Shown here in pieces: positions 1 through 9,978 of a stretch of 64,000 bases of DNA. Position numbers and translations under genes: made by a program. The notes below the pieces were generated by a model. It ran no database searches and was not told the DNA's origin. It was given only the letters and a program-made list of their open reading frames with translations. Origin of the DNA: an uncultured delta proteobacterium (GTDB lineage Bacteria > Desulfobacterota > Binatia > UBA9968); assembly GCA_963804165.1 (NCBI GenBank), contig CAWDPO010000003.1, positions 96,001 through 160,000 on the forward strand. The letters run 5' to 3'. Each line of letters begins with the position of its first letter. The first letter of the stretch is position 1.

Positions 1-430
1 TGAGTCCGGTCAAGAAAACCTCGCGGACTTCGGGTTTCCCGTCGCCATTGGTGTCGCGGAAAAGCGTGATCCGATTGGCCGATTTCTCGGGCCGATCCGC
101 GCGCCCGGGCCACTCGCGAATGGCTTCGACGACAAGAATATCTTTATTCGGGAGCACATAAGCCTGACGGGGATTATCAAAGTTGTCGGCGAACAAGCTC
201 ACTTCGAATCCCGGCGCCGGCGTTGGCATTTTTCCTCTCGGCCAGCCGACGACTTTCGAATTATTCCGGGCCGACGGAGTGTCGAAAGGCGCGGGGAGCT
301 TAAGTCGGTCCACCGGGCCGGTGCCCGCGGGGTATTCAACGCCGGCTCGATCATTTTGAGTGATCGCGCAAGAGAAGATGGCAGCAGCCCCGATGATTGC
401 GGCGATCGTGATGACATAGCGATGGATCAT
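1..430 (-). CDS. Sorbosone dehydrogenase / PQQ-dependent sugar dehydrogenase family lipoprotein (partial, runs off the left edge)
   Basis: Not in the ORF track. Manual translation from ATG at 430 (AAGGAGG upstream) gives MIHRYVITIAAIIGAAAIFSC...LPAPFDTPSARNNSKVVGWPRGKMPTPAPGFEVSLFADNFDNPRQAYVLPNKDILVVE, a typical N-terminus for this family with a lipobox-like FSC. Confidence 0.8.
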   Translation of the reverse strand, partial: MIHRYVITIAAIIGAAAIFSCAITQNDRAGVEYPAGTGPVDRLKLPAPFDTPSARNNSKVVGWPRGKMPTPAPGFEVSLFADNFDNPRQAYVLPNKDILVVEAIREWPGRADRPEKSANRITLFRDTNGDGKPEVREVFLTGL

Positions 431-586
431 GACGCTTTCCTCCTTGGGAAATTTTTACCGTCAAGCCGAGGGCTCACGACGGGAGTAACATATACAATAA
501 ACTTCGGTTGCGGCGAAAGCGAGATCGCATTGGTTGTGCGCCGGGGCTGGTCCGTTCTAATATCGGCCCGGACTGCAGGAGGGTAC

Positions 587-2008
587 ATGCACTATCGTGA
601 TTTGCGCGGTTGGCTGGAGGGGGTGGACTCGTTCGGCGAACTGCGCGTTATCGAAGGCGCCGACTGGAATCAAGAGATCGGCGCCGTGGCGGAAGTTGCG
701 GCGCAGTCTCAGCCGCCGCCGGCGGTACTCTTCGACAAGATTAAAGACTATCCGGCGGGCCGCCGCGTCCTGACCGGCATTCACAATCCGACGCTAAAGC
801 GCCAATGCCTGACCAATCATCTGCCGCTCGATTACAGCCGCGATCAATTCATCGACGCCTGGAAAAAGCGTCTGGACAATCCCACGCTTATTCCGCCCCG
901 AGTCGTCGACTCCGGGCCGCTGCTGGAAAATGTTTTCGAAGGGAATGACATCGATCTCCTGTCCTTGCCGGCGCCGCATTGGCACGAGGGCGACGGCGGA
1001 CGCTATATGGGTTCCCTCGACATCACGATCAGCCGCGACCCCGACGAAGACTGGATCAATCTTGGCTGTTATCGTGTCATGGTGCACGACCGTGACACGC
1101 TCGCGCTCTATATTTCTCCCGGACATCACGGCAACATTCACCGGCAAAAATATTTCGATAAAGGCATGCCGTTTCCGGTGGCGATCAGCTTCGGTCCCGA
1201 TCCGTTGCTGTGGTTCTTCGGCCAGATGGAAATTCCCGCAGGGCAGTCGGAGTACGATTATGCCGGCGGGGTGCGCGGCGAGCCCTATGAGGTGATCCCA
1301 GGCAAGCATACCGGGCTGCCGATTCCAGCTTACTCCGAGATAGCGATCGAAGGCGAAGTGATTCCCGGAACGAAAATTCCCGAGGGTCCTTTCGGCGAAT
1401 TCACCGGCTACTATGCGGGCGGGTTGCGCTCCGAGCCGATGCTCAAAGTGAAGCGGCTCATGTATCGCAACGATCCGATCATCACCGGCGCGCCGCCGTT
1501 CAAGCCGGCGCCCGGCGCGGAAAACAATCTGATCCGCGCCGCTTATATTTGGCATTACCTCGACAAGGCCGGCGTGCCGGAGGTGCGTGGGGTCGCCTAT
1601 TATCAGACGCGCATGTTGGTCGTCGTGGCGATCAAACAGCGCTATCCGGGACATGCGCGGCAGGCGGCGCTGATCGCGTCGCAATGCCGAGCCGCCGCGC
1701 TGCTCACGCGTTACGTCGTCGTGGTCGACGAAGACATTGATATCTGGGACAGCAATGAGATTCTGTGGGCGCTGTGCACGCGCACCGATCCGGCGAAAGA
1801 TATCGATATCGTGCGCCGCTGCTGGAGCAACCCGATAGATCCGATTATCCCGCCGAGCGAGCGCGGCTTTCAGTCGCGCGGCATTATAGACGCCTGCAAG
1901 CCCTACGAGTGGATGAATGAATTCCCAAAAGTTTCCGGCGCCAGTGAAGAATTAAAAAAGAAAGTTACCGCGAAGTTCGGCGCGAGCCTGGCGGGCAAGA
2001 AGAATTAA
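587..2008 (+). CDS. UbiD family prFMN-dependent (de)carboxylase
   Basis: MHYRDLRGWL N-terminus after a GCAGGAGG RBS; EGPFGEFTGYY motif; VVVVDEDIDI and WALCTRTDP motifs. Start moved from 356 to 587. Confidence 0.9.
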   Translation: MHYRDLRGWLEGVDSFGELRVIEGADWNQEIGAVAEVAAQSQPPPAVLFDKIKDYPAGRRVLTGIHNPTLKRQCLTNHLPLDYSRDQFIDAWKKRLDNPTLIPPRVVDSGPLLENVFEGNDIDLLSLPAPHWHEGDGGRYMGSLDITISRDPDEDWINLGCYRVMVHDRDTLALYISPGHHGNIHRQKYFDKGMPFPVAISFGPDPLLWFFGQMEIPAGQSEYDYAGGVRGEPYEVIPGKHTGLPIPAYSEIAIEGEVIPGTKIPEGPFGEFTGYYAGGLRSEPMLKVKRLMYRNDPIITGAPPFKPAPGAENNLIRAAYIWHYLDKAGVPEVRGVAYYQTRMLVVVAIKQRYPGHARQAALIASQCRAAALLTRYVVVVDEDIDIWDSNEILWALCTRTDPAKDIDIVRRCWSNPIDPIIPPSERGFQSRGIIDACKPYEWMNEFPKVSGASEELKKKVTAKFGASLAGKKN

Positions 2009-2043
2009 GAATTTCAAACACAAGGAACACAAAGAAAAGCAAG

Positions 2044-2069
2044 GTAGGGGCGGACCTGCGTGTCCGCCC
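2044..2069 (+). repeat. GTAG-type REP-like hairpin
   Basis: GTAG followed by GGGCGGAC-CTGCGT-GTCCGCCC, a perfect 8-bp stem, in the intergenic gap after the UbiD gene. Confidence 0.65.
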
Positions 2070-2143
2070 GCATCGGTCCTGTAGAGGCAACCCCATTCCT
2101 CGACGGATTTTTTACCACGAAGCAGACGAAGGGACACGAAGAT

Positions 2144-3097
2144 TTGATAAAGAAAATATTCATTCGAGCGGTTGCGTTGCTTGTTGTATTCCTCGGTGTG
2201 TCGCAGGACGCGCACGCCCAGCCGAAGCCGTTGGAGAAAGTTCGCCTCACCGTACCGGCGAAATCGCTCACTTTTCTGCCGTATTACTTCGGCAAAGCGC
2301 AGGGAATGTTTGCCAAGGAAGGCATCGATCTGGAAATCATCATCATGCGCCCGCCACTCGGCGTGACCGCACTGGTGGCAGGCGATCTCGACTACACGGC
2401 GGCAGGCGGCTTGTCGTTTCGCGCCGCGATGAAAGGCGCACCGATTCGTACCATCGCATTCATTCAGACCCGCTTGAGTTTCAGCCTCATCGGTCAGCCC
2501 GGCATGACTCCGGCGCGGATTCGCAACGTCGCAGTTAGCGGCATCGGCTCGCTGGCGCATTACGCCGCGATCACCCTGATGAAGAGACTGGCCAATGAAA
2601 AAGTCGCTTACATTTCCACCAACACGACGGCGAACAGCTACACGGCGTTACTGGGAAAAGCCGCTGACGCCGCCATCGTGACGCCGCCGTATACGTCGAT
2701 GGCGACCTTGGCCGGGCATCCGGACTTTGGCAATACTTTTGACGTGCGCGACTTGCAGGGCGGGTTGGTGGCGCGAGTGCAATACATTCACGATCATCGC
2801 GATCGGGTGAAAGCGATGATCCGCGCAACGCTACGGAGCATGGACGCGCTCGTCAGAACCGAATCAGAAGCGCGTCTTTATTTGCAGCGGGATTTTGCAT
2901 TGGAACCGACGATCGCCGCAGACACCTATAAAATTCTCCGCCAGATCGTCAATTCTGACGGTGATATCGAGGAGCCGGTATTGAAATCGATCGTCGACAA
3001 GATTAAGCAGGAATCCGGCATCGTCGGGGAAATGCCGGCCGACCGGCTCGTTGATCTATCGCTACTGCGCGAAGTCCGCGCGGAAATGCGCAAGTGA
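2144..3097 (+). CDS. ABC transporter substrate-binding protein, NMT1/THI5/SsuA-like
   Basis: Signal peptide (AHA-Q), GMFAKEGIDLEII, ALVAGDLD, C-terminal LVDLSLLREV. Start approximate (TTG 2144). Confidence 0.85.
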   Translation: MIKKIFIRAVALLVVFLGVSQDAHAQPKPLEKVRLTVPAKSLTFLPYYFGKAQGMFAKEGIDLEIIIMRPPLGVTALVAGDLDYTAAGGLSFRAAMKGAPIRTIAFIQTRLSFSLIGQPGMTPARIRNVAVSGIGSLAHYAAITLMKRLANEKVAYISTNTTANSYTALLGKAADAAIVTPPYTSMATLAGHPDFGNTFDVRDLQGGLVARVQYIHDHRDRVKAMIRATLRSMDALVRTESEARLYLQRDFALEPTIAADTYKILRQIVNSDGDIEEPVLKSIVDKIKQESGIVGEMPADRLVDLSLLREVRAEMRK

Positions 3098-3171
3098 TAA
3101 CTCAAGTGTTGCGCGAATGGTGCCTGCTTGATTATGATCTTTACGTTAAGCCATTTTGAGGGAGGTTAGCG

Positions 3172-3639
3172 ATGAGAACCTTATTCAGCATCATGATGTT
3201 TGTGGTGACATTGATTTTCGGCCAGACGGTCGCGTTTGCAGATCTACCCGAGCCGAAAGGTAAATCAGAGAATCCTAACATCGTCGCCGGACGCAAAGCG
3301 ATCGAAACGAAAGATTTCAAAGGCGCGGTGGGACATCTGTCCAAGGCCGTGCAGGAAGAGCCGAAAAATGCCGACGCGCACAGCATGCTCGGCTACAGCT
3401 ACCGAAAGGTCGGCACCTTCGATAAATCGATGGAACATTACCAGGCCGCGCTGAAGATCGACTCCAACCACCGGAGCGCGCAAGAATATCTCGGCGAACT
3501 CTATCTCGATATGAACCAGCCCGACAATGCCGAGAAGCAACTGGTGACGTTCAAAAAGGCTTGCCCGTTTTTCGGCAAGTGCGAAGAGTTCGAAGATTTG
3601 AAAAAGGCGATCGACGCTTATAAGGCGAAGAAAAAATAA
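3172..3639 (+). CDS. Secreted tetratricopeptide repeat protein
   Basis: GGAGG RBS, signal peptide, TPR helices (PKNADAHSMLGYSYRKVG; AQEYLGELYL). Confidence 0.85.
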   Translation: MRTLFSIMMFVVTLIFGQTVAFADLPEPKGKSENPNIVAGRKAIETKDFKGAVGHLSKAVQEEPKNADAHSMLGYSYRKVGTFDKSMEHYQAALKIDSNHRSAQEYLGELYLDMNQPDNAEKQLVTFKKACPFFGKCEEFEDLKKAIDAYKAKKK

Positions 3640-3645
3640 ATATTC

Positions 3646-3729
3646 GGTTCAAGGTTCCGGGTTCAAAGTTCAAAGGCGGATTTTAGGTCCTAGACTCAAA
3701 CCTTGAACCTTGAACGTTGAACTTTGAAC
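3646..3729. repeat. Inverted array of 7-nt units (GGTTCAA x4 / TTGAACC x4)
   Basis: ggttcaa-ggttccg-ggttcaa-agttcaa, a spacer, then ccttgaa-ccttgaa-cgttgaa-ctttgaa; can fold as a long hairpin. Confidence 0.85.
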
Positions 3730-3762
3730 GGGCCCCGCAATCACAGCAGCAGAGGCGACATC

Positions 3763-4480
3763 ATGGCTGAAGGATGTAAAAACCCGGATCGGCTTTGTCA
3801 GCGGCGGCACGAGCTCGATGCCGCATTACAATAGTTTCTTGCCCATCGTTCCCAAAGATGTCGAGATCGAGTTTCAAGGATTGCAGCTCTACGGCAAATC
3901 GCTTTACGAGATCTCGGATAAAAAAGAAATTATTCTGCGCCGGGTCCAAGAGTTTATCGACGAAAGAAAGTGGAATGGACTGATCCTTACGGCAGCGCCG
4001 ACGGAAGTCCTGAATCCCGGTCTCTATGACGACCTTAAAGCGGCTATCTCGATTCCTTTCACAACCGCATTGAATGCTTGTGTTGCCGCGCTCCGTGTGT
4101 ACCGTGCGCCGAAGGTGCTGTTGCTCACTCCGTTCGACGCGCGTTTAAACGATTTGATCGTCGCTCATCTCGCCAAGGCCGGAGTGACCGCGCTCGCGCC
4201 GCAATCCTTCGACGAGCTGGCCGTGCCGAAACGCATGACACCTGATGAAGTCTTCGAGCTGACGAAAAAGAATCTCGCGGCGGTCGGTAAAGTCGATGCG
4301 ATTTATTTTCAAGGCGCCGTGCTCGATCCGATCAAGTGCCTGGAGCGGATCGAGTCCGAGCTCGAAGCGACGGTTATCGCCAGCAATCCAGCGATGCTTT
4401 GGTACGTGTTATCCAAGTTGAACTTGTCCTTTCCAATGAGCGGGTATGGCCGTTTGCTGCGCGAGTGGCCGGCGCTCTGA
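3763..4480 (+). CDS. Asp/Glu racemase / maleate isomerase / arylmalonate decarboxylase superfamily protein (probable 5' indel)
   Basis: KVLLLTPF, VDAIYFQG, VIASNPAMLW and C-terminal GYGRLL. The frame extends upstream of 3818 as KDVKTRIGFVSGG and is one base out of frame with the ATG at 3763. Confidence 0.7.
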
Positions 4481-4485
4481 TAAAG

Positions 4486-4528
4486 GTTCCAATCGTTCAA
4501 AAAGTTCAAATCGTTCCAGTCGTTCAGG
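4486..4528. repeat. Tandem 9-nt units (GTTCCAATC-like), single arm
   Basis: gttccaatc gttcaaaaa gttcaaatc gttccagtc gttcagg between convergent genes. Confidence 0.8.
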
Positions 4529-4549
4529 TCGGGGAGGCGAACGGTTCTG

Positions 4550-5371
4550 CTAGCCGAGAGTTTGCTTTAGCCAGTCCGTCACAATCTTCGAGACCTTCTC
4601 TTCCGCGCCGACGTAGAAGTGGTCGCAGTTGGACACAATCGCGACTTCGCACGGGCCGGAGCAGTTTTCTTTGAAGCGTTCGGCGGGATAATTTTCTACC
4701 GGTTCCTGGTCGCCGCGGATGAAGAGGACGGGGCATTTGATCCGCTTGGCGTTCTCTACCAAATCTGGCGCGTTGGTGAGGCGGTCGAGGTAGGTTCGTG
4801 CTGAGATCACCCATCACCAAGCCGGGATGAGCATGAGTTGCCGCGGTTTGGCGGCGGCCATTAATGCCTTGGCTTCTTTGATCTGCTCGTCGGTATTTCC
4901 CGCCAGAGAAAAGTTGCGCGCTGCCGTCGGATTGGTCATTCGGTTCCCGCCTGCATGGGCGGATAGCAAGATTAGCGCTTTGGTCTCCCGGATGGTTCGC
5001 CACATGCTCACTGGCGAGCACGCCGCCGTTGCTGTGACCGATGACGATGGGGTTGGTGAAGCCTTTGCTCGCCAAATACTTTGCCGCCAGTTTATTGTCT
5101 TCCACGCCTTCGGCGACCGTTTGATAAGCGCCGCCGACGCACTCGCGGCTATCATAGGTGCTCACCGAATCGTGGCCGCGCCGATTGAACGGCATGAATC
5201 ATAGCCAAGCGCGGTGATGTGCGGCGCGAGAAAGCGCGCGGCGCACACGTAAAAGTTCATCTGATTGCCGTGGCAATACATCGCTGCGCCCTTGCTCGAA
5301 CCGTCCGGTGTGTAGTAGGCAGCGTCTAAGGGATGGGTCGGCGTCGGTATGCTGATAAGTTCGGTTTTCAC
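4550..5371 (-). CDS. Alpha/beta hydrolase, frameshifted into about 4 pieces
   Basis: Consecutive fragments give CHGNQMNFY, the GHSNGG nucleophile elbow, LILLSAHAGG, PVLFIRGDQE and CDHFY. Confidence 0.75.
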
Positions 5372-5479
5372 GTGAATCTCCTTGCTGATTTAATTGACAG
5401 AGTTTATCGCTAAATGGATTTCGAGTACAAAGACTGACAGGTGTGACAGTTTATCGACGTACGTCGAGGTCAACCTGAG

Positions 5480-5526
5480 CGTCATTCCGGACGAGCTGGC
5501 GATAGCTAGCGAGATCCGGAATCCAG
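5480..5526. repeat. CGTC-type REP-like palindromic element
   Basis: CGTCATTCCGGA...GCTGGC-GATA-GCTAGC...TCCGGAATCCAG nested hairpin in the divergent intergenic region. Confidence 0.55.
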
Positions 5527-5640
5527 GTAAGGCGGGGAGTCCGGATTCACGCCTGCGCAAGTACGAAACGACTGATGCCCGCATTCAATTTCGAGCTAAA
5601 ACCAAAGTGGGTCATGCAGGAGATAAAATAGGAGAAGGTT

Positions 5641-6771
5641 ATGGTTGATGAAAAAAGAGCGCCGTTTCGCGCCAATCATGTCGGCAGTTTGTTGCGTCCG
5701 CCCGAGTTGCGCCAGGCGCGTGAGAAGCGCGAGAAGGGCGAGATCAGTGCGGCGCAGTTGCGGGAGGTCGAGGATCGCTGCATCCGCGATGCGGTAAAAA
5801 TGCAGGAAGACGTCGGTATGCAGGGCATCACCGACGGCGAATTTCGCCGGACTCTCTGGCATGCCGATTTTCTGAGCCAGATCGAAGGGGTGAAAGTTGT
5901 CGAAGGACTGCTGCCCGACTCGGCCAAACATTTTCAAAATCCCGATGCCGACGTGCAGCGTTCGCCGACTCAATTTGTCGTCACTGGCACGCTGCGTCAT
6001 TCGCATGGAATTGAAGTCGACAATTTCAAATTCCTCAATTCGCTGACTAAGCAGACGCCCAAGCAGTGTATCCCGTCGCCATCGCTGGTGCATTTTCGCA
6101 CCGGCCGGGCCGGCGTGGATAAGACGGCATATCCTAATATAGAGAATTTCTTCATCGACCTGGCGCGAGTTTATCGCGAGGAAATCGCTCAACTTGCCCA
6201 GGCAGGCTGCACCTATCTGGAGATCGATGATGTGAATTTTGCCTATCTCTGCGATCCCAAGATGCGCGAAGGGGCAAAGAAGATCGGCGAAGACCCGGAC
6301 CAACTGCCGGCGCTGTATGCCGAGCTGATCAACGAGTGCATCAAAGATCGCCCGGCGAACATGTCGGTATGCACGCACCTTTGCCGCGGTAATTTTCGCA
6401 GCTCCTGGGTCGCTGAAGGGGGTTACGATCCGGTCGCCGAAGTTTTGTTTAACGCATTGAAGGTCGACGGTTATTTTTTGGAATTCGATACGCCGCGAGC
6501 GGGAAACTTCGCGCCACTACGTTATTTGCCCAAAGATAAAAAGCTGATCCTCGGGCTGGTGACGTCCAAGACCGGCGCCTTGGAAAATCCTGACGACCTG
6601 AAACGGCGCATCGACGAGGCCAGCAAGCTAGTGCCCCTCGATCAACTCGGCATCAGCCCGCAGTGCGGTTTTTCCAGCACGGTGCTCGGCAACAAACTGA
6701 CGATCGACGATCAGATAGCGAAGCTAAGACTGATCGTCGAAGTTGCGCGGGATGTTTGGGGATCGGTGTGA
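5641..6771 (+). CDS. Cobalamin-independent methionine synthase II family protein (single-barrel MetE/YxjH-like)
   Basis: HVGSLLRP, ITDGEFRR, HLCRGN, LEFD and SPQCGF zinc-ligand motifs; 376 aa. Confidence 0.9.
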   Translation: MVDEKRAPFRANHVGSLLRPPELRQAREKREKGEISAAQLREVEDRCIRDAVKMQEDVGMQGITDGEFRRTLWHADFLSQIEGVKVVEGLLPDSAKHFQNPDADVQRSPTQFVVTGTLRHSHGIEVDNFKFLNSLTKQTPKQCIPSPSLVHFRTGRAGVDKTAYPNIENFFIDLARVYREEIAQLAQAGCTYLEIDDVNFAYLCDPKMREGAKKIGEDPDQLPALYAELINECIKDRPANMSVCTHLCRGNFRSSWVAEGGYDPVAEVLFNALKVDGYFLEFDTPRAGNFAPLRYLPKDKKLILGLVTSKTGALENPDDLKRRIDEASKLVPLDQLGISPQCGFSSTVLGNKLTIDDQIAKLRLIVEVARDVWGSV

Positions 6772-6893
6772 GCCGATGCGACTATTTTCATCAGCGCTGC
6801 GCAACGTGGGCTAAAGTCCGGTTCTCTCTTGCGACGCCTGGTTGCGGAAGTTTTGCCCATTTGCTAATTCATGGACAAATTAAAGGGGGCATT

Positions 6894-7205
6894 ATGCTAC
6901 TACGAAAATTGCAAAGGGTCGTACTAGCGCTACTGTTGGTCGGCGCTGTTTCTGGTTGCCAAGCGCTTACCGGTGAGACTATGGGTGAACATATCGATGA
7001 CACCACGATCACGAGTACTGTTAAGACACGGCTCGCACAGGAGAAGGGGGCGAGCCTGACGCGCATCCAAGTCGACACCGACCGCGGCGTAGTCCAGCTA
7101 TCCGGCGTGGTCGAGACAGCCGCCGAAAAAGCGCGAGCCGAGCAGATCGCGCGCGGAGTGGGCGGCGTCAAGAGCGTAAGAAACAATCTGCAAGCCCAGC
7201 GGTAG
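6894..7205 (+). CDS. BON domain lipoprotein (OsmY-like)
   Basis: Lipobox VSGC; IDDTTITSTVKTRL...GVVQLSG...GVKSVRNNL. Start at ATG 6894. Confidence 0.9.
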   Translation: MLLRKLQRVVLALLLVGAVSGCQALTGETMGEHIDDTTITSTVKTRLAQEKGASLTRIQVDTDRGVVQLSGVVETAAEKARAEQIARGVGGVKSVRNNLQAQR

Positions 7206-7213
7206 GCACGCAG

Positions 7214-8221
7214 CTAAAAGTTGCAGCGGCCTTCTTTTTCAAGCTCCTGCACCAGGGCAGCGTCGGTTAGATCTTGCGGCTTCAGCGCTCGTGCCGCCGG
7301 AATCAACGACGCCGTCATTTGGACGGCGAGCTCGATACCTTCGCTCTTTAAATGGGGCCGGGCGGGAATCACATCGGTTATATAGAGCCGATAGAGGTAT
7401 TCGATTCCTGCGCCGTCCAGGTTCCGACCGCTCTTGGCGACAAACTCCAACGCTTTCGCTTTATCTTTTCTGGCCAAAGCGATGCCTTCGCAAATCCCGG
7501 CCATGAATTTCTTTGCGTCTTCCCTACGGTTATTCAAGACCGTCGAGGCGATAGCATAATCGGCGCCGCCGCCGGCGTAGATTTTTAGCTGCTTGTGGTC
7601 GGTCAGCCTGTTGAGACGGTTTAGCTTCCCTGTCCTCTCCAAATCATACATCGCCTCGGCGGTCACCATCATGCCGGCGACGTTTCCATCGAGTAGACTC
7701 TTGACTCGGTCCGTGTTGCGGCCTTCGTCGAAATGAACCAACGTCACATCCTTCTCAGGATCGATGCCGAGTTTTCTAAGCGCCAAACGAGTCAATTGAT
7801 CCGGCGTGCTGCCCGGTTCACCGGTGCCAACTCTTTTCCCCTTCAGATCGGTCGCGCTTTTAATTGACGCGTCGGCGAAGAAGGCCGAATAGTTGTATCC
7901 TGTGTTGCCGACCAAAAGCATCGGCGTGCCGCCGGAAGCATTGTTATGAACGATGTGATTGGCGCTGGCGACGGCGATATCGGCCTCGCCTTTTTTTAAT
8001 GCGGCGAGCAGTTTTTCATTCGAGCCGGGATTGGTCCACGTGATTTTCAAGCCGCTGCGCTCGAAGATCCCCGTGTCGCGCGCCAGATACATCGGTAGCT
8101 TGCTGATGTTCCAAGGCGGGTAATAGAGGACACGGAGGGGATCAGTTTGCGCCGTATCAGTCGTAGAAAGCAATGAGGCTAAAACTACCGCGATGCGGAT
8201 CAGCATGGCTCGAATCTTCAT
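7214..8221 (-). CDS. ABC transporter substrate-binding protein, NMT1/THI5-like
   Basis: Signal peptide, DLKGKRVG, LRKLGIDPEKDV, C-terminal LVQELEKEG. Confidence 0.85.
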   Translation of the reverse strand: MKIRAMLIRIAVVLASLLSTTDTAQTDPLRVLYYPPWNISKLPMYLARDTGIFERSGLKITWTNPGSNEKLLAALKKGEADIAVASANHIVHNNASGGTPMLLVGNTGYNYSAFFADASIKSATDLKGKRVGTGEPGSTPDQLTRLALRKLGIDPEKDVTLVHFDEGRNTDRVKSLLDGNVAGMMVTAEAMYDLERTGKLNRLNRLTDHKQLKIYAGGGADYAIASTVLNNRREDAKKFMAGICEGIALARKDKAKALEFVAKSGRNLDGAGIEYLYRLYITDVIPARPHLKSEGIELAVQMTASLIPAARALKPQDLTDAALVQELEKEGRCNF

Positions 8222-8233
8222 GTCACTGCACCC

Positions 8234-9952
8234 TTACTTCTTAAACGAGACAATGAAATAGGCCGGCGCCGACTTCGAGGCGGAATCACCTTGACCAACC
8301 ACGATGATTGGATAGGTCCCCACTTGTTTGGTCAGTGCGAGCGGAACCGTCGCTTCGAGCTCACCAGGGCCGACGAATCGGGTTTCCAGTTCGTTGCCGT
8401 TCAACGTGACGCGGTGAAAACGGTCGAAACCGCTTCGCGTGGTCACTTTGATGGTCGCAGGCCCGGACGCCCTGGGCAAGCGAGCGCGGCGAGATTTCAA
8501 TTTCTTGCGGTGTTGCGCGCCACGGCCGAACCGCTGCAATCGGGTTTTTGTAATTGGCATGAAATTCATGATCGACAATCTTGCCGCCGAGCACGACCAG
8601 TTTTACATTTTGTACTGCCCATATGTCTTTCAGAGGATCGCCATCGACGGCGATAATGTCGGCGATTTTTCCCGGCTCGAGCGTGCCGAAATCTTTGTCT
8701 TTGCGGAAAGCTTTGGCGACGTTGATGGTCGCTGACTGGATCGCCTGCATGGGCGTCATGCCCGCTTCGACGAACATGACCAGTCTCCTGGTGAAGACCG
8801 AGACCCGGCAAGCCGTTATTGGGATCGGAGCCGGCTCGAATGAGCCCGCCGGCCTGGCTGTAGCGCCGGATGAAATCTTCAATTTTCTTATAGCCCGTCG
8901 CGCGCATTGTTCGAGCCGCTCGGGAGCGAAACTTCGCGTAACGCTCGTATTGTCCAAGCGCTTGCTCGCGCAACACGCCGCGGCAGATAACCGGCGCTTT
9001 CTTGTCGAGGATGGAAAGCTCGCGTTCTTTGAAACGAGCGACGCTCGGCGACAGCGGCCGATACCAAGTTGCGATGGTCGGGCTCCAGGAGACGTTTTTT
9101 TCAGTCATGGCTTTGACGATCTTGTCGAAATTTTCCGGCTCGTAGTAGTACGACAGATCGGCCGTATTGATTTTGCCGGTCATGCGCCGTTCGTGGATCT
9201 CCCAGCGCTTTTTCACATCGCCGATGGATGTCATGCCCGGCGCCCAGTGATGTTCGACACCGGCAAATCCCGCTTCGGCGGCGAGAAACACGTCGAGACA
9301 GTGGCAGGTGACCGGCAGACCCAAGCGATTGGCTTCCGTCCGCGCCGGCTTTGATCGCTTCAGGCGCGACGTATTCGTTGAACTTGATGATCTCGATGCC
9401 TTCTGCTTTCTTTTTCCGCACGGCGGCGCTCGCTTCTTCCGGCGTTTTGATCAAATGGCCGCGTTCGCCGCGCAGCGCCCACGGCGGTGGCGGGCCGACC
9501 AAGCGCCCGCCGGTGGACCAAATACGCGGGCCGCGAATCTTGCCAAGCTGCGTTCCGTCGCGTTGCGCCAGGGTCCACTCGTCGTCGTTCTGGGTAATAT
9601 CGGGACAGGTCGTGATTCCCAGATGAAGATAAATCTCGCCGACAAAGTCGAGCAGGTGGCAGTGGCCGTCGATCAAGCCGGGGAGAAGGGTTTTGCCCTT
9701 CGACGTCGATGACGCGCGCGCCGCGAGGAATCGCGACTTCGCCGCGTTTGCCGACGGCTTTGATCCGCTCTCCTTCGACGAGGATGACTGCGTCTTCAAC
9801 GGCGGCCGGCCGGTGGCGTCGATCAGCGTGCCGCCGTGTAAGACCAGCAGGCGCGGATTTCGCTGGGCCGCGACATGACTGTCGGCAATGAGAGCACCGT
9901 TAGGACAAATCAGAATGAAAGCTATCAATCCTCGACGAGGCAGGGTTTGCAT
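8234..9952 (-). CDS. Secreted amidohydrolase with C-terminal Ig-like (IPT/TIG-like) extension, multiply frameshifted
   Basis: Fragments give LHGGTLIDATG, LLPGLIDGHCH, IRAGSD, AGMTPMQAIQSATIN, GTLEPGKIADIIAVDGDPL and a beta-rich tail (VTLNGNELETRFVGPGELEATVP...GTYPIIV). Confidence 0.75.
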
Positions 9953-9978
9953 TAAATCGTTCTCCTCGACGTCACAAG

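Noticed and set aside
356-586. 77-aa N-terminal extension of UbiD
   Set aside because: It overlaps the divergent minus-strand gene starting at 430; RBS and family N-terminus point to 587.
5380-5640. SAM or cobalamin riboswitch upstream of the MetE-like gene
   Set aside because: No recognisable SAM-I or B12-box core; the visible hairpin looks like a REP-type palindrome.
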